A program made the position numbers and the translations under genes. From contig NZ_CP011034.1 of the NCBI RefSeq assembly GCF_001465295.1, positions 2,610,001 through 2,642,000 of the forward strand: a stretch of DNA of 32,000 nt, read 5' to 3'. Below the pieces are notes generated by a model, which was given only the letters and a program-made list of their open reading frames with translations, had not been told where the DNA came from and did no database searches. Of this stretch, positions 16,831 through 26,689 are shown piece after piece. How positions within the stretch are numbered: position 1 is the stretch's first letter; every line of letters begins with the position of its first letter. The DNA comes from Pseudoalteromonas translucida KMM 520 (GTDB lineage: Bacteria > Pseudomonadota > Gammaproteobacteria > Enterobacterales > Alteromonadaceae).

Positions 16831-17505
16831 TCAACCCTGAGTTAAACTAATAATCAAGCGGTGGCTTTGTTGGCCACTGGCCCAGTACTTACGCTCAAAT
16901 GGGGTAATTGCTTCATCTGCCCCATAAGCAGAAACCTGACAAACATTACCGGTTAGTTCAAGTGCTCTGGCAAACTCTTTAACGTAAATATCCCAGTTAC
17001 TGCGCACTTCTAATTTACCGCCTAACTTTACAATAAACGGAAAAATAGCCGCGCCGTGCCAACGCCTACGAATATGTTTAGATTTAGGCCACGGATTGGG
17101 ATAAAGCAAATAATGGTGGCTAGGTTGCCAGTTTGCTGCCACGGCTAAACGCCAAAAGTCGTTTAAGTCTGCTTGCACCAAAATATACTGACCACTGTCG
17201 GTTTGTTTATACTCTACATCGTGTTTATCTAAGCGGTGCGACGATTTATCAATACCAATTACCAGCGCATCAGGATGGCGCTTAGCTAAGTTAGCAGTAC
17301 TTTCTCCCACACCACAACACGAATCTAAAATAAGTGGGCCATTAAACGCCTGTACTTTAGCATTCACCTCGTCAAACGCTGTTTGTGTATGCGCTGCTAT
17401 TGGCTTTTTAAACTCTGCGTTTAAATGCTTGTTAACTATGTCATCCAGCTTTTCGTGAATACCCGCTTGGTTAGATACAATACTACGCGAATTTGCATCA
17501 GTCAT
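16831..17505 (-). CDS. TrmB-family SAM-dependent methyltransferase (tRNA m7G46 methyltransferase-like)
   Basis: 224 aa. SAM motif I LDSCCGVGEST. YPNPWPKSKHIRRRW resembles the TrmB FPDPWHKxRHxKRR signature. Its start overlaps the stop of the upstream permease by 1 nt (TAATG). Confidence 0.7.
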   Translation of the reverse strand: MTDANSRSIVSNQAGIHEKLDDIVNKHLNAEFKKPIAAHTQTAFDEVNAKVQAFNGPLILDSCCGVGESTANLAKRHPDALVIGIDKSSHRLDKHDVEYKQTDSGQYILVQADLNDFWRLAVAANWQPSHHYLLYPNPWPKSKHIRRRWHGAAIFPFIVKLGGKLEVRSNWDIYVKEFARALELTGNVCQVSAYGADEAITPFERKYWASGQQSHRLIISLTQG

Positions 17506-18272
17506 TAGTGTCTTAGCCCCACACCTTTTTTAATTAATGTCAGCGCTAAGGTAAATAACGCGATAATAAATACTAAAATAACGCCAAGTGCCAAGCTTAA
17601 ATCTACATCCGACACCCCTAAAAACCCATATCTAAATGCGTTAACCATATAAATAATAGGATTTACTTGTGATACGTTTTGCCAAAACTCAGGCAGTAAT
17701 GTAATTGAATAAAACACCCCACCTAAATAAGTTAGCGGCGTTAAAATAAAGGTAGGAATAATACTAATATCGTCAAAGCTATTAGCATATATAGCATTTA
17801 TTAAGCCACCGAGTGCAAATACCGCAGAGGTTAAAATAACGGTAGCCATAATGATAAAAATATTATGAATTTGAATATCAACAAATAATAACGATACGCA
17901 GGTAACAATAAAGCCCACCATTATTCCGCGCGTCATACCACCGCCCATATAGCCAAGCACAATAATGTAGTTTGGCACTGGGGCTACAAGTAGCTCTTCA
18001 ATACTTTTTTGAAATTTAGTAGAGTAAAAACTTGAGGCTACATTAGAGTAAGAGTTAGTAATAACCGACATCATTATCAGGCCAGGTACAATAAACTCCA
18101 TATAACTAAAGCCGCCCATATCACCAATACGTGAGCCTATTAAGTTACCAAAAATAACAAAATATAAACTCATGGTAACTGCTGGAGGCACTAAGGTTTG
18201 CACCCAAATACGTAAAAAACGAATACACTCTTTAATCCAAATACTTTTTAAGGCTACGCCATATTTAAACAT
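17505..18272 (-). CDS. yadH: ABC-2 type transporter permease
   Basis: 255 aa, near-colinear with my recollection of E. coli YadH: ALKSIWIKE..RIWVQTLVPP, YFVIFGNLIGSRIGDMGGFSYMEFIVPGLIMMSVITN, TPLTYLGGVFYS, NPIIYMVNAFRYGFLG. Confidence 0.88.
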   Translation of the reverse strand: MFKYGVALKSIWIKECIRFLRIWVQTLVPPAVTMSLYFVIFGNLIGSRIGDMGGFSYMEFIVPGLIMMSVITNSYSNVASSFYSTKFQKSIEELLVAPVPNYIIVLGYMGGGMTRGIMVGFIVTCVSLLFVDIQIHNIFIIMATVILTSAVFALGGLINAIYANSFDDISIIPTFILTPLTYLGGVFYSITLLPEFWQNVSQVNPIIYMVNAFRYGFLGVSDVDLSLALGVILVFIIALFTLALTLIKKGVGLRH

Positions 18273-19202
18273 TTATTTGCCCCGACCTTGTTCTAATAAT
18301 CCAACAAATAACTCTTCTAATCTATTTGCTTTGTTACGCATACTCAACACGGTATTACCTTGCTCGGTTAGCGCACTAAATACAGCGTTTAAGCCTTGCG
18401 ATTTAGCCACTTCAACTTCAATAGTATGCTCGTCGTCCATTGTAAATTTATAACCCTCTAGGGTAACTGGCTTAGCCGGTGTTTTTAAGTCTAAAATAAA
18501 GGTTTCTTTATCAAGCTTAGATAACAGTGCTTTAATTGTGGTGTTTTCAACAATCAGGCCATTGTCTATTATGGCTATGTTTTTACACAATAACTCTGCT
18601 TCTTCTAAGTAATGAGTGGTTAAAATAATGGTGACGCCTTGCTCATTAATTTGGCGTAAAAAATCCCACATTGAACGACGCAGCTCTATATCAACACCCG
18701 CTGTTGGCTCATCTAAAATCAGTAATTTAGGCTCATGCATAAGTGCGCGAGCAATCATTAAACGGCGTTTCATACCACCTGAAAGCGTACGCGCTTGTTT
18801 ATCTTTTTTATCCAGCAGCCCCAATTGGGTTAAATACTTTTCGGCGCGTTTATGTGCTTCGCCGCGTGGTACACCATAATAACCCGCTTGAGTTACTAAT
18901 ATTTGAGTTAGGGTTTCAAATTGGCTAAAGTTAAACTCTTGCGGCACTAAGCCTAAATGCGCTTTAGCGGCCTCTAGGTCGGTGTCTATGTCGCAACCAA
19001 ACACCTCTACCTTACCTTTCGTTTTATTTACCAGTGATGAAATAACACCAATTGTGGTCGACTTACCCGCTCCATTAGGGCCAAGTAAGGCAAAAAAATC
19101 ACCCTCTCGCACTTGTAAATCAATACCCTTTACAGCTTCAACCCCATTAGTATAAACCTTGGTAAGGCCTGCTATATTTAAAGCAATTTGTTGCTTACTC
19201 AT
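18273..19202 (-). CDS. yadG: ABC transporter ATP-binding protein (partner of the ABC-2 permease)
   Basis: 309 aa. Walker [11 protein letters not shown]-loop, ABC signature LSGGMKRR, Walker [14 protein letters not shown]-loop TTHYLEEA. It sits immediately upstream of and adjacent to the permease. Confidence 0.9.
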   Translation of the reverse strand: MSKQQIALNIAGLTKVYTNGVEAVKGIDLQVREGDFFALLGPNGAGKSTTIGVISSLVNKTKGKVEVFGCDIDTDLEAAKAHLGLVPQEFNFSQFETLTQILVTQAGYYGVPRGEAHKRAEKYLTQLGLLDKKDKQARTLSGGMKRRLMIARALMHEPKLLILDEPTAGVDIELRRSMWDFLRQINEQGVTIILTTHYLEEAELLCKNIAIIDNGLIVENTTIKALLSKLDKETFILDLKTPAKPVTLEGYKFTMDDEHTIEVEVAKSQGLNAVFSALTEQGNTVLSMRNKANRLEELFVGLLEQGRGK

Positions 19203-19822
19203 GACTTGCCCTCACCATAACCCCAACGCTTTGTTAGGTTATGTTCAATGTTTAAATGATCTAAAATTCGCGCCACCATAAAATCAACTAAGTCGGCAAT
19301 ACTTTGCGGCTGATGATAAAAACCCGGCGACGCAGGCATAATAGTGACCCCTAAGCGTGAAAGCTTAAGCATGTTTTCCAGATGAATTTGATTAAATGGT
19401 GTTTCGCGTGGCACTAAAATAAGATGGCCACGCTCTTTAATTACCACATCGGCGGCACGCTCTAGTAAGTTGTCAGATGCGCCAACAGCAATAGCCGAAA
19501 CAGTGCCCGCACTACAAGGGCACACTATCATTTTTTTAGGGGCAGCTGATCCTGAGGCAACTGGGCTAAACCAGTTGTCTTTACCATATACTTTTAGCTG
19601 TTCTGGCTTAGCGTTATATAGCGCACTTAATTGCTCACTTGCTTTGGTTTCATTACCTGAGAGCTTAATACCGGATTCGATATCAAATACCACTCGCGCT
19701 GCACTTGAAATAAGCACATACACCTGAAATTGCTGTTCAATTAATACTTCTAACAATCTCAAGCCATAAGGCGCACCCGACGCGCCGCTAAATGCTAAGG
19801 TAATTGTGTCTTTAAATTGCAA
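19199..19822 (-). CDS. ubiX: flavin prenyltransferase UbiX
   Basis: Colinear with E. coli UbiX: [67 protein letters not shown]. The track start (ATG 19858) overlaps mpl by 35 nt. The in-frame TTG at 19822 lies 1 nt after the mpl stop, is preceded by GGAGAA, and gives a UbiX-like short N-terminus, so it is preferred. The alternative is 19199..19858. Confidence 0.9.
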   Translation of the reverse strand: MQFKDTITLAFSGASGAPYGLRLLEVLIEQQFQVYVLISSAARVVFDIESGIKLSGNETKASEQLSALYNAKPEQLKVYGKDNWFSPVASGSAAPKKMIVCPCSAGTVSAIAVGASDNLLERAADVVIKERGHLILVPRETPFNQIHLENMLKLSRLGVTIMPASPGFYHQPQSIADLVDFMVARILDHLNIEHNLTKRWGYGEGKS

Positions 19823-19823
19823 A

Positions 19824-21179
19824 TTATTCTCCGCTGTATTTATTAGCCAATGCATCAACTAGTTGCTGATGCAGGCCATTAAAACTACCATTGCTCATTA
19901 TTAAAATATGTTGATTAGCTGCTATATTATCAAGTACGGTATCAATAATTACCTGTGTACTGGTAAAACACTGCATACCGGCTGCAGCAGCTTGTTCGCT
20001 CAGCGACCAGCTTAGGTTTTCTGGTTCAAAAAGCAGTATCTCATCGGCATCACTCAACGAGGCAAGTAATGTATGTTGATGCACGCCCATTTTCATGGTG
20101 TTTGAGCGCGGCTCTAAAATAGCAATAATTTTTTCATCGCCTACTTTAGCGCGCAGCCCTGCTAATGTGGTTTGAATAGCCGTTGGATGATGCGCAAAAT
20201 CGTCATACACTTTTATATTATTAATATCAGCTTTAAGCTCCATACGTCGTTTAGGGCTAATAAACTCGCCAAGTGCTGCTATACTATGCTCAACGGCAAT
20301 ACCTACATGGCGCGCAGCTGCTATGGCCATAATAGCATTTTTAACGTTGTGCTCACCCATTGCCTGCCAATTAACGGTGCCTTGTTTTTCATTATTTAAA
20401 AACACCTTAAACTCACTGCCATCGGCTTTTGCTAGTTCATAATTCCAATCAATACCCAAGGTTTCACTTTCGCTCCATAGTCCTTGAGTTATTACATCAC
20501 TAAGTGCTTGATCATCCTTTGGCCAAATAACTTTGCCACTTTGTGGTACTGTACGTATTAAATGATGAAATTGTTTTTTAATCGCGTTTAAATCTTCAAA
20601 AATATCGGCATGATCAAACTCAAGATTATTTAAAATAAGTGTTCGCGGTAAATAATGCACAAACTTACTGCGCTTATCAAAAAATGCCGTGTCGTATTCG
20701 TCTGCTTCAATAACAAAAAAAGGGGTTTCGCCTACTTTGGCCGACACACCAAAATTTTGTACTATGCCGCCAATTAAAAAGCCCGGTTTTAAACCCGCAT
20801 ACTCTAAAATCCATGCAAGCATACTTGCTGTGGTGGTTTTACCATGTGTACCAGCAACCGCAAGTACCCATGAATTTTGCAATAAGTTATGTTTTAGCCA
20901 TTCTGGCCCAGATGTATAAGGCAGACCTTTATCAAGTACATATTCAACGCATGGATTGCCTCGGCTCATGGCATTGCCAATAACCACCATGTCTGGCGCT
21001 GGCTCTAATTGGGTTACCTCGTAGCCCTGGGTTAGCTCAATTCCGAGCTCTTCAAGCTGCGTGCTCATAGGTGGATAAACGTTTTGATCAGACCCCGTTA
21101 CTTTATGGCCAAGCGATTTAGCAATCGCAGCTATCCCACCCATAAAGGTGCCACAAATACCTAAAATATGAATATGCAT
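19824..21179 (-). CDS. mpl: UDP-N-acetylmuramate:L-alanyl-gamma-D-glutamyl-meso-diaminopimelate ligase (murein peptide ligase)
   Basis: 451 aa, colinear with E. coli Mpl: [95 protein letters not shown] before the ATG. Confidence 0.96.
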   Translation of the reverse strand: MHIHILGICGTFMGGIAAIAKSLGHKVTGSDQNVYPPMSTQLEELGIELTQGYEVTQLEPAPDMVVIGNAMSRGNPCVEYVLDKGLPYTSGPEWLKHNLLQNSWVLAVAGTHGKTTTASMLAWILEYAGLKPGFLIGGIVQNFGVSAKVGETPFFVIEADEYDTAFFDKRSKFVHYLPRTLILNNLEFDHADIFEDLNAIKKQFHHLIRTVPQSGKVIWPKDDQALSDVITQGLWSESETLGIDWNYELAKADGSEFKVFLNNEKQGTVNWQAMGEHNVKNAIMAIAAARHVGIAVEHSIAALGEFISPKRRMELKADINNIKVYDDFAHHPTAIQTTLAGLRAKVGDEKIIAILEPRSNTMKMGVHQHTLLASLSDADEILLFEPENLSWSLSEQAAAAGMQCFTSTQVIIDTVLDNIAANQHILIMSNGSFNGLHQQLVDALANKYSGE

Positions 21180-21346
21180 CTACTTTCCTTTAATCGTGTG
21201 CTTACTTTGCACAGCAGCAAAGTTTAATGGCGCTATAATGCCAAAATTCGCGCTTCGTTACCATTGTGCATACGCATCTCACTGTTGCCAAAAACGCCTA
21301 ACTAACTTAATAATTAAGCCACTGAAGTTAAAAGTATCACTGACAA

Positions 21347-21374
21347 AAAAGCCTTCCACACTAGGAAGGCTTTT
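21347..21374 (-). terminator. rho-independent terminator downstream of uppP
   Basis: AAAAGCCTTCC (21347-21357) pairs with GGAAGGCTTTT (21364-21374) around a 6-nt loop. On the minus strand the stem is followed by TTTTTTGT. It lies 33 nt after the uppP stop. Confidence 0.8.
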
Positions 21375-21406
21375 AAACGCTTAAATTAAACGAGTTAAAA
21401 TATTAA

Positions 21407-22207
21407 TTACAGCGTTAAAAATACAATTAACCCGACCCCTAGCAATAATCGGTAAATAACAAATGGCAACATCCCCATGCGTTCTATTACTTTTAAAAAC
21501 ATATAAATACAGGCATAAGCCGATAAAAACGACAACACAACACCTAATAACAAGGTGTTCCAGTCAACTACATGATCCCCTAGTGCAAGCTCAACGGTAT
21601 AGTAAAGGCCCATCATAGAAATAATAGGTATTGCCAGTAAAAACGAAAAGCGTGCAGCGCTTTGTTTATTCATGCCAAGCATTAAACCCGCGGTCATAGT
21701 AATACCTGAACGTGACGTGCCTGGGATCATAGCAACGGCCTGTGCTAGGCCTATAATAAGCGCGGTTTTCCAATTTAGCTGATAAATCGTTTTAGTTTGC
21801 TTACCTTTTGCATCCGCATACCAAAGCAATAAACCAAATATAATGGTGGTAACTGCGATCACCCATGCGCTACGCAAATAGAGCTCAATCATATCTTTTA
21901 AAAGCAAACCTAAAATAGCGGCTGGAATTGTGCCTAAAATTATCCACCAGCCTAATTTACTGTCATCTGTGCTACCTTGCGCACCAAACGACTTAAACCA
22001 TGCACTAAGTATGCTGCTTACTTCTTTACGAAAATAAATCACTACTGCAATTAAAGTACCTACGTGTACAGCAACATCAAATGCTAACCCTTGATCTTTC
22101 CAGCCCAATATTTGCGATGGTAAAATTAAGTGCGCAGAGCTAGAAATAGGCAAAAATTCAGTAAATCCCTGAATAAGAGCTAAAACAATAATTTCAATAA
22201 TACTCAT
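21407..22207 (-). CDS. uppP: undecaprenyl-diphosphate phosphatase
   Basis: 266 aa, BacA/UppP family: [36 protein letters not shown], with about 8 hydrophobic helices. The start overlaps the folK stop (ATGA). Confidence 0.94.
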   Translation of the reverse strand: MSIIEIIVLALIQGFTEFLPISSSAHLILPSQILGWKDQGLAFDVAVHVGTLIAVVIYFRKEVSSILSAWFKSFGAQGSTDDSKLGWWIILGTIPAAILGLLLKDMIELYLRSAWVIAVTTIIFGLLLWYADAKGKQTKTIYQLNWKTALIIGLAQAVAMIPGTSRSGITMTAGLMLGMNKQSAARFSFLLAIPIISMMGLYYTVELALGDHVVDWNTLLLGVVLSFLSAYACIYMFLKVIERMGMLPFVIYRLLLGVGLIVFLTL

Positions 22208-22692
22208 GGGTTAGAAAACTCCACCTTCCATAGTCTTTGTTGAGGGTTGTTGTACTCGCGCCAAAGCTCGGCAATGGTTTGCTGTGCAACAGGGTGATAA
22301 AAATGCGGGGCTACTTCAGCTAGAGGCTGTAATACAAAGGCGTTTTTTGTAATTTCGTCACGTGGTAACTGTGCGGGAGAGTCGCAAATTACATCATCAT
22401 AAAATAGTAAATCTAAATCGAGGGTCCGCGGGCTAAACTTTTTATCGTTTGCAGTGCGACCATTATTGCGCTCAATTTGCTTTAGTAAGCTACATACATT
22501 TGCTAATGGCATATCGGTTGTAGCACCAACTACCGAGTTATAAAAGTTATTACCAGCAAATCCAACCGCTTCACTTTCAAATACTGAGGAATGCACTAAG
22601 TCGTTAAAGTGCGGCTTAAGCGCTATAAGCGCGCAGCGCATATAATGCGCCTTATTAATATTTGACCCTAAACTAATATAAATTTGCGCCAT
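22204..22692 (-). CDS. folK: 2-amino-4-hydroxy-6-hydroxymethyldihydropteridine diphosphokinase
   Basis: 162 aa. HPPK pattern: [39 protein letters not shown]. It directly abuts folB. Confidence 0.9.
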   Translation of the reverse strand: MAQIYISLGSNINKAHYMRCALIALKPHFNDLVHSSVFESEAVGFAGNNFYNSVVGATTDMPLANVCSLLKQIERNNGRTANDKKFSPRTLDLDLLFYDDVICDSPAQLPRDEITKNAFVLQPLAEVAPHFYHPVAQQTIAELWREYNNPQQRLWKVEFSNP

Positions 22693-23052
22693 TTAAATAC
22701 TTGCCTTAGTACGCGTAATTTCAACACCCACAGTTTGCGCCTGAGCAACGGCTGCAGGTTTACTTACTCGAATAGTCACTTGTGGGGTATTAAACTCAGT
22801 CAAAATTATATGCGCTAATTGCTCAACTAAGGTTTCGAGCAGTTCTACCGGTTTTACCGTACTGTGCTCAATGATCCGCTCACTTACTTTTGCATAATCG
22901 AGTGCTAAATTAATATCATCGTTTGCAGCTGCAGGTTTAATATCACTTAACATTTCAACGTCAAAGTAAAGGCTTTGTTTACTTTCTTTTTCAAAGTCGT
23001 ACACTCCAATAATAGTGTCGACGTGTAATTGCGATATAAATACCTTGTCCAT
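22693..23052 (-). CDS. folB: dihydroneopterin aldolase
   Basis: MDKVFISQLHVDTIIGVYDFEKESKQSLYFDVEM aligns with E. coli FolB MDIVFIEQLSVITTIGVYDWEQTIEQKLVFDIEM. The ATG at 23052 has an AGGAG SD 6 nt upstream. The track start at 23076 is an upstream TTG and is probably an over-extension. Confidence 0.92.
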   Translation of the reverse strand: MDKVFISQLHVDTIIGVYDFEKESKQSLYFDVEMLSDIKPAAANDDINLALDYAKVSERIIEHSTVKPVELLETLVEQLAHIILTEFNTPQVTIRVSKPAAVAQAQTVGVEITRTKASI

Positions 23053-23260
23053 TAATGCTCCTAATGACAGTAACAAGCCACTGAGTTAACTGCATAATGT
23101 ATCAATTAAATTAATACTGTATATACTTTAATCAGTGTTTAAATACATATAAATTACTTCTACAATAACAAGGTAGCTATACTAGTTAGTAATTAAAGCA
23201 GTTTATAAATTTTGACGTCAATAATAGCCGAAAAAGTACAATTAAAAAATAAGGAAGCAC

Positions 23261-23872
23261 GTGTTAGCCACTTTAATGTTTATTTTAGCCTATTTACTTG
23301 GGTCGATTTCGTCGGCCATACTCGTCTCGAGGTTATTTAAACTCCCCGATCCGCGTAGTAATGGCTCTAATAATCCAGGGGCAACTAATGTTTATCGGCT
23401 GGGGGGCGCACTACCCGCTTGTTTAGTGCTGGTATTTGATATTTTAAAAGGCACTATTCCTGTTTGGGGGGCCTACTTTTTAGATCTTGAGCCGCTTGCG
23501 CTTGGTTTAGTCGCTGTGGCTGCCTGTTTAGGGCACATGTTCCCGTTATTTTTTGGTTTTAAAGGAGGTAAAGCGGTAGCCACTGCTTTTGGGTCTTTAT
23601 TACCTATAGGGCTATCTCTGGCGGGTTTGTTAATTTGTACTTGGTTTATTATGGTAGCAATAACGCGCTATTCTTCTCTTGCTGCCTTAGTTGCGGTTTC
23701 GCTTGCACCTTTATACACTTGGTTAATAAAGCCACTTTATACGCTACCCGTTACCTTTATTACAGTACTAATTATTTTTAGGCATCGCTCTAATATCGCA
23801 CGGTTATTTAGTGGTGACGAGCCAAAAGTGGGCGCTAAAAAAGCACCCACTGATGAAAAAAGCGATATTTAA
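23261..23872 (+). CDS. plsY: glycerol-3-phosphate acyltransferase PlsY
   Basis: 203 aa, colinear with E. coli PlsY: [64 protein letters not shown] start with an AAGGAA SD. It is divergent from folB as in E. coli. Confidence 0.93.
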   Translation: MLATLMFILAYLLGSISSAILVSRLFKLPDPRSNGSNNPGATNVYRLGGALPACLVLVFDILKGTIPVWGAYFLDLEPLALGLVAVAACLGHMFPLFFGFKGGKAVATAFGSLLPIGLSLAGLLICTWFIMVAITRYSSLAALVAVSLAPLYTWLIKPLYTLPVTFITVLIIFRHRSNIARLFSGDEPKVGAKKAPTDEKSDI

Positions 23873-23878
23873 CTGCTA

Positions 23879-24892
23879 TTAAATAGCTTCTAAACTGTCG
23901 ATTGGCCAGCGTGGTTTAGTTTTCATATCAAGGGTAGCAAATTGCCCTGCTTTTAATCTTTGCATCCCTGCGTACGCAATCATAGCGCCATTGTCGGTAC
24001 AAAATTCGGTACGCGGATAATACACTTGGCCTTTCATACCTTGCATCACACGCTCTAACTGCAAACGTAACTGCGTATTAGCACTTACACCACCAGCAAT
24101 TACTAACCGTTTTATACCTGTTTGCTTAAGTGCACGTTTGCATTTTATTACCAAGGTATCGATAACCGCGGTTTGAAATGCATGCGCTATATCGGCTTTA
24201 GTTTGCTCGTCATCATTGTTTTCACGAATAGTGATAGATGCTGCTGTTTTTAAACCACTAAAACTAAAATCTAAGCCGGGCTTGTCTGTCATCGGACGTG
24301 GAAATATAAATCGCTTAGCGACCCCCTGCTCTGCCATTTCAGCTAAACGTGGGCCACCGGGATAATCTAGTCCTAGTAATTTTGCTGTTTTATCAAATGC
24401 TTCGCCTGCTGCATCATCAACCGACTCACCCAGCACTTCATATTGGCCAATACCAGCTACTTTAACCATCATGGTGTGTCCACCCGATACTAGCAAAGCA
24501 ATAAACGGAAACTCAGGAACATTTTCCTCAAGCATGGGCGCTAATAAATGCCCTTCCATATGATGCACTGCTACTGCGGGAATATCCCAACCATAAGCAA
24601 GAGAGCGACCAATTGAGGTGCCAACTAAAAGTGCGCCAACTAAACCTGGACCTGCTGTATATGCAACGCCATCTAAATCTTCAGGGCCGCAACCCGCTTG
24701 TGCAAATGCAGCGTCGATAAGGGGCAGTGTTTTACGTACATGATCCCGTGATGCCAGCTCTGGCACTACACCGCCATAATCTGCGTGTACTTTTACTTGG
24801 CTATATAATTGATGCGCCAATAAACCTTTTTCGTCATCGTATATAGCAATACCGGTTTCATCGCATGACGATTCAATGCCCAAAATTCGCAC
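23879..24892 (-). CDS. tsaD: tRNA N6-adenosine threonylcarbamoyltransferase
   Basis: 337 aa, near-identical in its N-terminal region to E. coli TsaD/YgjD: [58 protein letters not shown] start with an AGGAG SD 7 nt upstream. Confidence 0.97.
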   Translation of the reverse strand: MRILGIESSCDETGIAIYDDEKGLLAHQLYSQVKVHADYGGVVPELASRDHVRKTLPLIDAAFAQAGCGPEDLDGVAYTAGPGLVGALLVGTSIGRSLAYGWDIPAVAVHHMEGHLLAPMLEENVPEFPFIALLVSGGHTMMVKVAGIGQYEVLGESVDDAAGEAFDKTAKLLGLDYPGGPRLAEMAEQGVAKRFIFPRPMTDKPGLDFSFSGLKTAASITIRENNDDEQTKADIAHAFQTAVIDTLVIKCKRALKQTGIKRLVIAGGVSANTQLRLQLERVMQGMKGQVYYPRTEFCTDNGAMIAYAGMQRLKAGQFATLDMKTKPRWPIDSLEAI

Positions 24893-24945
24893 TGTTTTTC
24901 TCCTGCCACCTATTTAGGTGCTTTTTAAACTAAATTATTTACGTT

Positions 24946-25536
24946 TTATAATGTTAAACCAATATTGGTTTGCCCATCTGCAAGCACATGTTTTTTAAGT
25001 TCTTTAACATTATCAGAGGTCACACGGCCCATGGCTTCTACAAAGTCAATTAGCTCGCCTAATACATCCATCTCGTATTGCATTAGTGGGTGTTCTCGTA
25101 TTGCTTTGTTATCGGCAACTTCACCTTCAACCGTCATTTGATATTCAATAAAGCGGGCAACCGTTGCTTGCGATATTTTACTTATATTTATGAGCTCTTG
25201 CTCATCTTGCGCCATTAAACCATGCATAAGGCTTAATAATGCGGTCGCGGCATCAATTGCCGGATACGTACCAAACATATCAAAGTCAGCTAGCTCAGGC
25301 ACATTGGGTTCTATTTTTTCGATTTGCTTTTCAAGATCAATCTTACTTTTTGGTAGCAGTATTTTTTCCCAACACACATTTAAAGCACTGCGTAAAACGG
25401 TTTCGTCACCAAACCCAGTTGCTTCACTAAATAAGCCATAGTTAGGTAGCATACGTTCAATTAAAGCACTGGCTAACACTGCTTTTTGTAAGTAGTTTAG
25501 TTCTCTAATACGCTGAAAGTTATTTGCTTTTGTCAT
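24946..25536 (-). CDS. yjaG: DUF416 (YjaG) family protein
   Basis: 196 aa, aligns by eye with E. coli YjaG: ERMLPNYGLFSEATGFGD~ERMYPNYAMFCQQTGFGD, GTYPAIDAATAL~GVYPAIDACVAL, ending SNIG-like TNIGL. Confidence 0.8.
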   Translation of the reverse strand: MTKANNFQRIRELNYLQKAVLASALIERMLPNYGLFSEATGFGDETVLRSALNVCWEKILLPKSKIDLEKQIEKIEPNVPELADFDMFGTYPAIDAATALLSLMHGLMAQDEQELINISKISQATVARFIEYQMTVEGEVADNKAIREHPLMQYEMDVLGELIDFVEAMGRVTSDNVKELKKHVLADGQTNIGLTL

Positions 25537-25882
25537 TTTTTAACGTCTCGCATGACCAACAAAATTCAAATGTTGATCCATTATGCTCATTACAATTAGG
25601 ACACACCCAATCTGGAGCTGATTGTTTTACTTGCTGGTAGTTTACCAATATTTGTCGCGCATGGCGCTCTTTTATCGCATAAACCTGCACACTGGCTTGA
25701 GCCTGATCAAACGGTATTTCTCCCAAAGCTCCTTGCAGCATTTCACCTTTAATTTGACACTCTATGCCATCATTTAAAATTAAGCCTTTAATTATATTCG
25801 CTTCTAAACTATTTTCAGCGCGATATATTGTTATCCATGTGAAAGGGTCAACGGTTAAGTTATCACTATTAGTATTTTGCAA
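25520..25882 (-). CDS. DUF2007-like small protein with a C-terminal CxxC...CxxC zinc ribbon
   Basis: 120 aa. The TTG start is preceded by a strong GAGGTG SD. The N-terminal beta-alpha-beta region (WITIYRAENSLEANIIKGLILNDGIECQIKGE) resembles the DUF2007 family, annotated as a putative signal-transducing protein. The C-terminal WVCPNCNEHNGSTFEFCWSCE is a 4-Cys ribbon. The 3' end overlaps the yjaG start by 17 nt. Confidence 0.7.
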   Translation of the reverse strand: MQNTNSDNLTVDPFTWITIYRAENSLEANIIKGLILNDGIECQIKGEMLQGALGEIPFDQAQASVQVYAIKERHARQILVNYQQVKQSAPDWVCPNCNEHNGSTFEFCWSCETLKNDKSK

Positions 25883-25962
25883 TTTTCACCTCATTTATTT
25901 GTGTTTACAATGCCTTTCATTAATGTGTTAATTCATAAACTAGCCAGCTTGCAGGAATAAAT

Positions 25963-26385
25963 ATGACACTTACAACTCCAGGATTACTTTTTCCGGCTAT
26001 TTCATTGTTATTACTTGCCTATACAAACCGATTTTTAGTGTTAGCACAATTAATTAGAGAATTAAACGCCCGAGAAGGTGAATCAATTCGCCCGGTTGTT
26101 GTTGCGCAAATAACTAATTTAAGAAAACGTATAAAACTTATAAGAACCATGCAGGTATATGGGGTTGTATCTTTTTTACTATGCACACTTTCCATGTTTG
26201 CGTTATTTATAGAGCTCAATACTACTGGGATTATTTTATTTGGCGTTAGCCTTACTTGCTTAAGTTTATCGTTATTAACTTCGTTATTTGAAATTCACAT
26301 TTCTTGCGATGCCATTGAAATAGAACTGCAAAGCATTGAAAATAAACCGCTAAGTACCCGGGTTAGCCGCAACTTTATTGAATAA
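25963..26385 (+). CDS. DUF2721-family membrane protein
   Basis: 140 aa. The N-terminus PGLLFPAISLLLLAYTNRFLVLAQLIRELN is characteristic of DUF2721. It has three hydrophobic helices and an AGGAA SD. Confidence 0.7.
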   Translation: MTLTTPGLLFPAISLLLLAYTNRFLVLAQLIRELNAREGESIRPVVVAQITNLRKRIKLIRTMQVYGVVSFLLCTLSMFALFIELNTTGIILFGVSLTCLSLSLLTSLFEIHISCDAIEIELQSIENKPLSTRVSRNFIE

Positions 26386-26603
26386 AAGTTTATTGTTTCA
26401 AGTAATAATTTTACGCAGTGGCTTTTTTGCTCTTTGAGACAAGGCTACTTTATATGTTAATTGCATAATAAAAGCTTAAAACACATAACAAACTATTAGT
26501 TATTAACCTAAAGGATAATACTATTTAACAATTTCACTCTTTAATTAATACTAAAAGAGGGATATGCTAATTGAGATTTATTATAAATTTACAATCACAT
26601 TTA

Positions 26604-26643
26604 AATATTACTTATTAATTTTAATAGATTAATAAGTAATATT
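26604..26643. repeat. perfect 16-bp inverted repeat (candidate operator) upstream of the LysR gene
   Basis: AATATTACTTATTAAT (26604-26619), 8-nt spacer tttaatag, ATTAATAAGTAATATT (26628-26643). The arms are exact reverse complements. The centre is about 66 nt upstream of the GTG at 26690. Confidence 0.85.
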
Positions 26644-26689
26644 ACTATGTTCGCGTATATGCGACTTACTTATAAAAAGGGACTATAAA

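Noticed and set aside
21196-21384. 62-aa plus-strand ORF between mpl and uppP
   Set aside because: It has no SD and runs antisense to the mpl leader. Its 3' end simply reads through the uppP terminator hairpin (KKPSTLGRLL = AAAAGCCTTCC...GGAAGGCTTTT). It looks like a chance ORF in an intergenic region.
24905-24926. Hairpin CACCT-attt-AGGTG followed by TTTTT between yjaG and tsaD
   Set aside because: The T-run is on the plus strand, whereas both flanking genes are transcribed on the minus strand. On the minus strand the stem is followed directly by the tsaD SD (AGGAG), not by a U-tract. It is not a terminator for the local transcripts.
26564-26632. 22-codon mini-ORF (MLIEIYYKFTITFKYYLLILID) in the AT-rich spacer, ending inside the 16-bp inverted repeat
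   Set aside because: The AGAGGGA lies only 1 nt from the ATG, which is too close for a functional SD. The composition simply mirrors AT-rich DNA (Ile/Tyr/Lys/Phe/Leu). There is no supporting context for a leader peptide.
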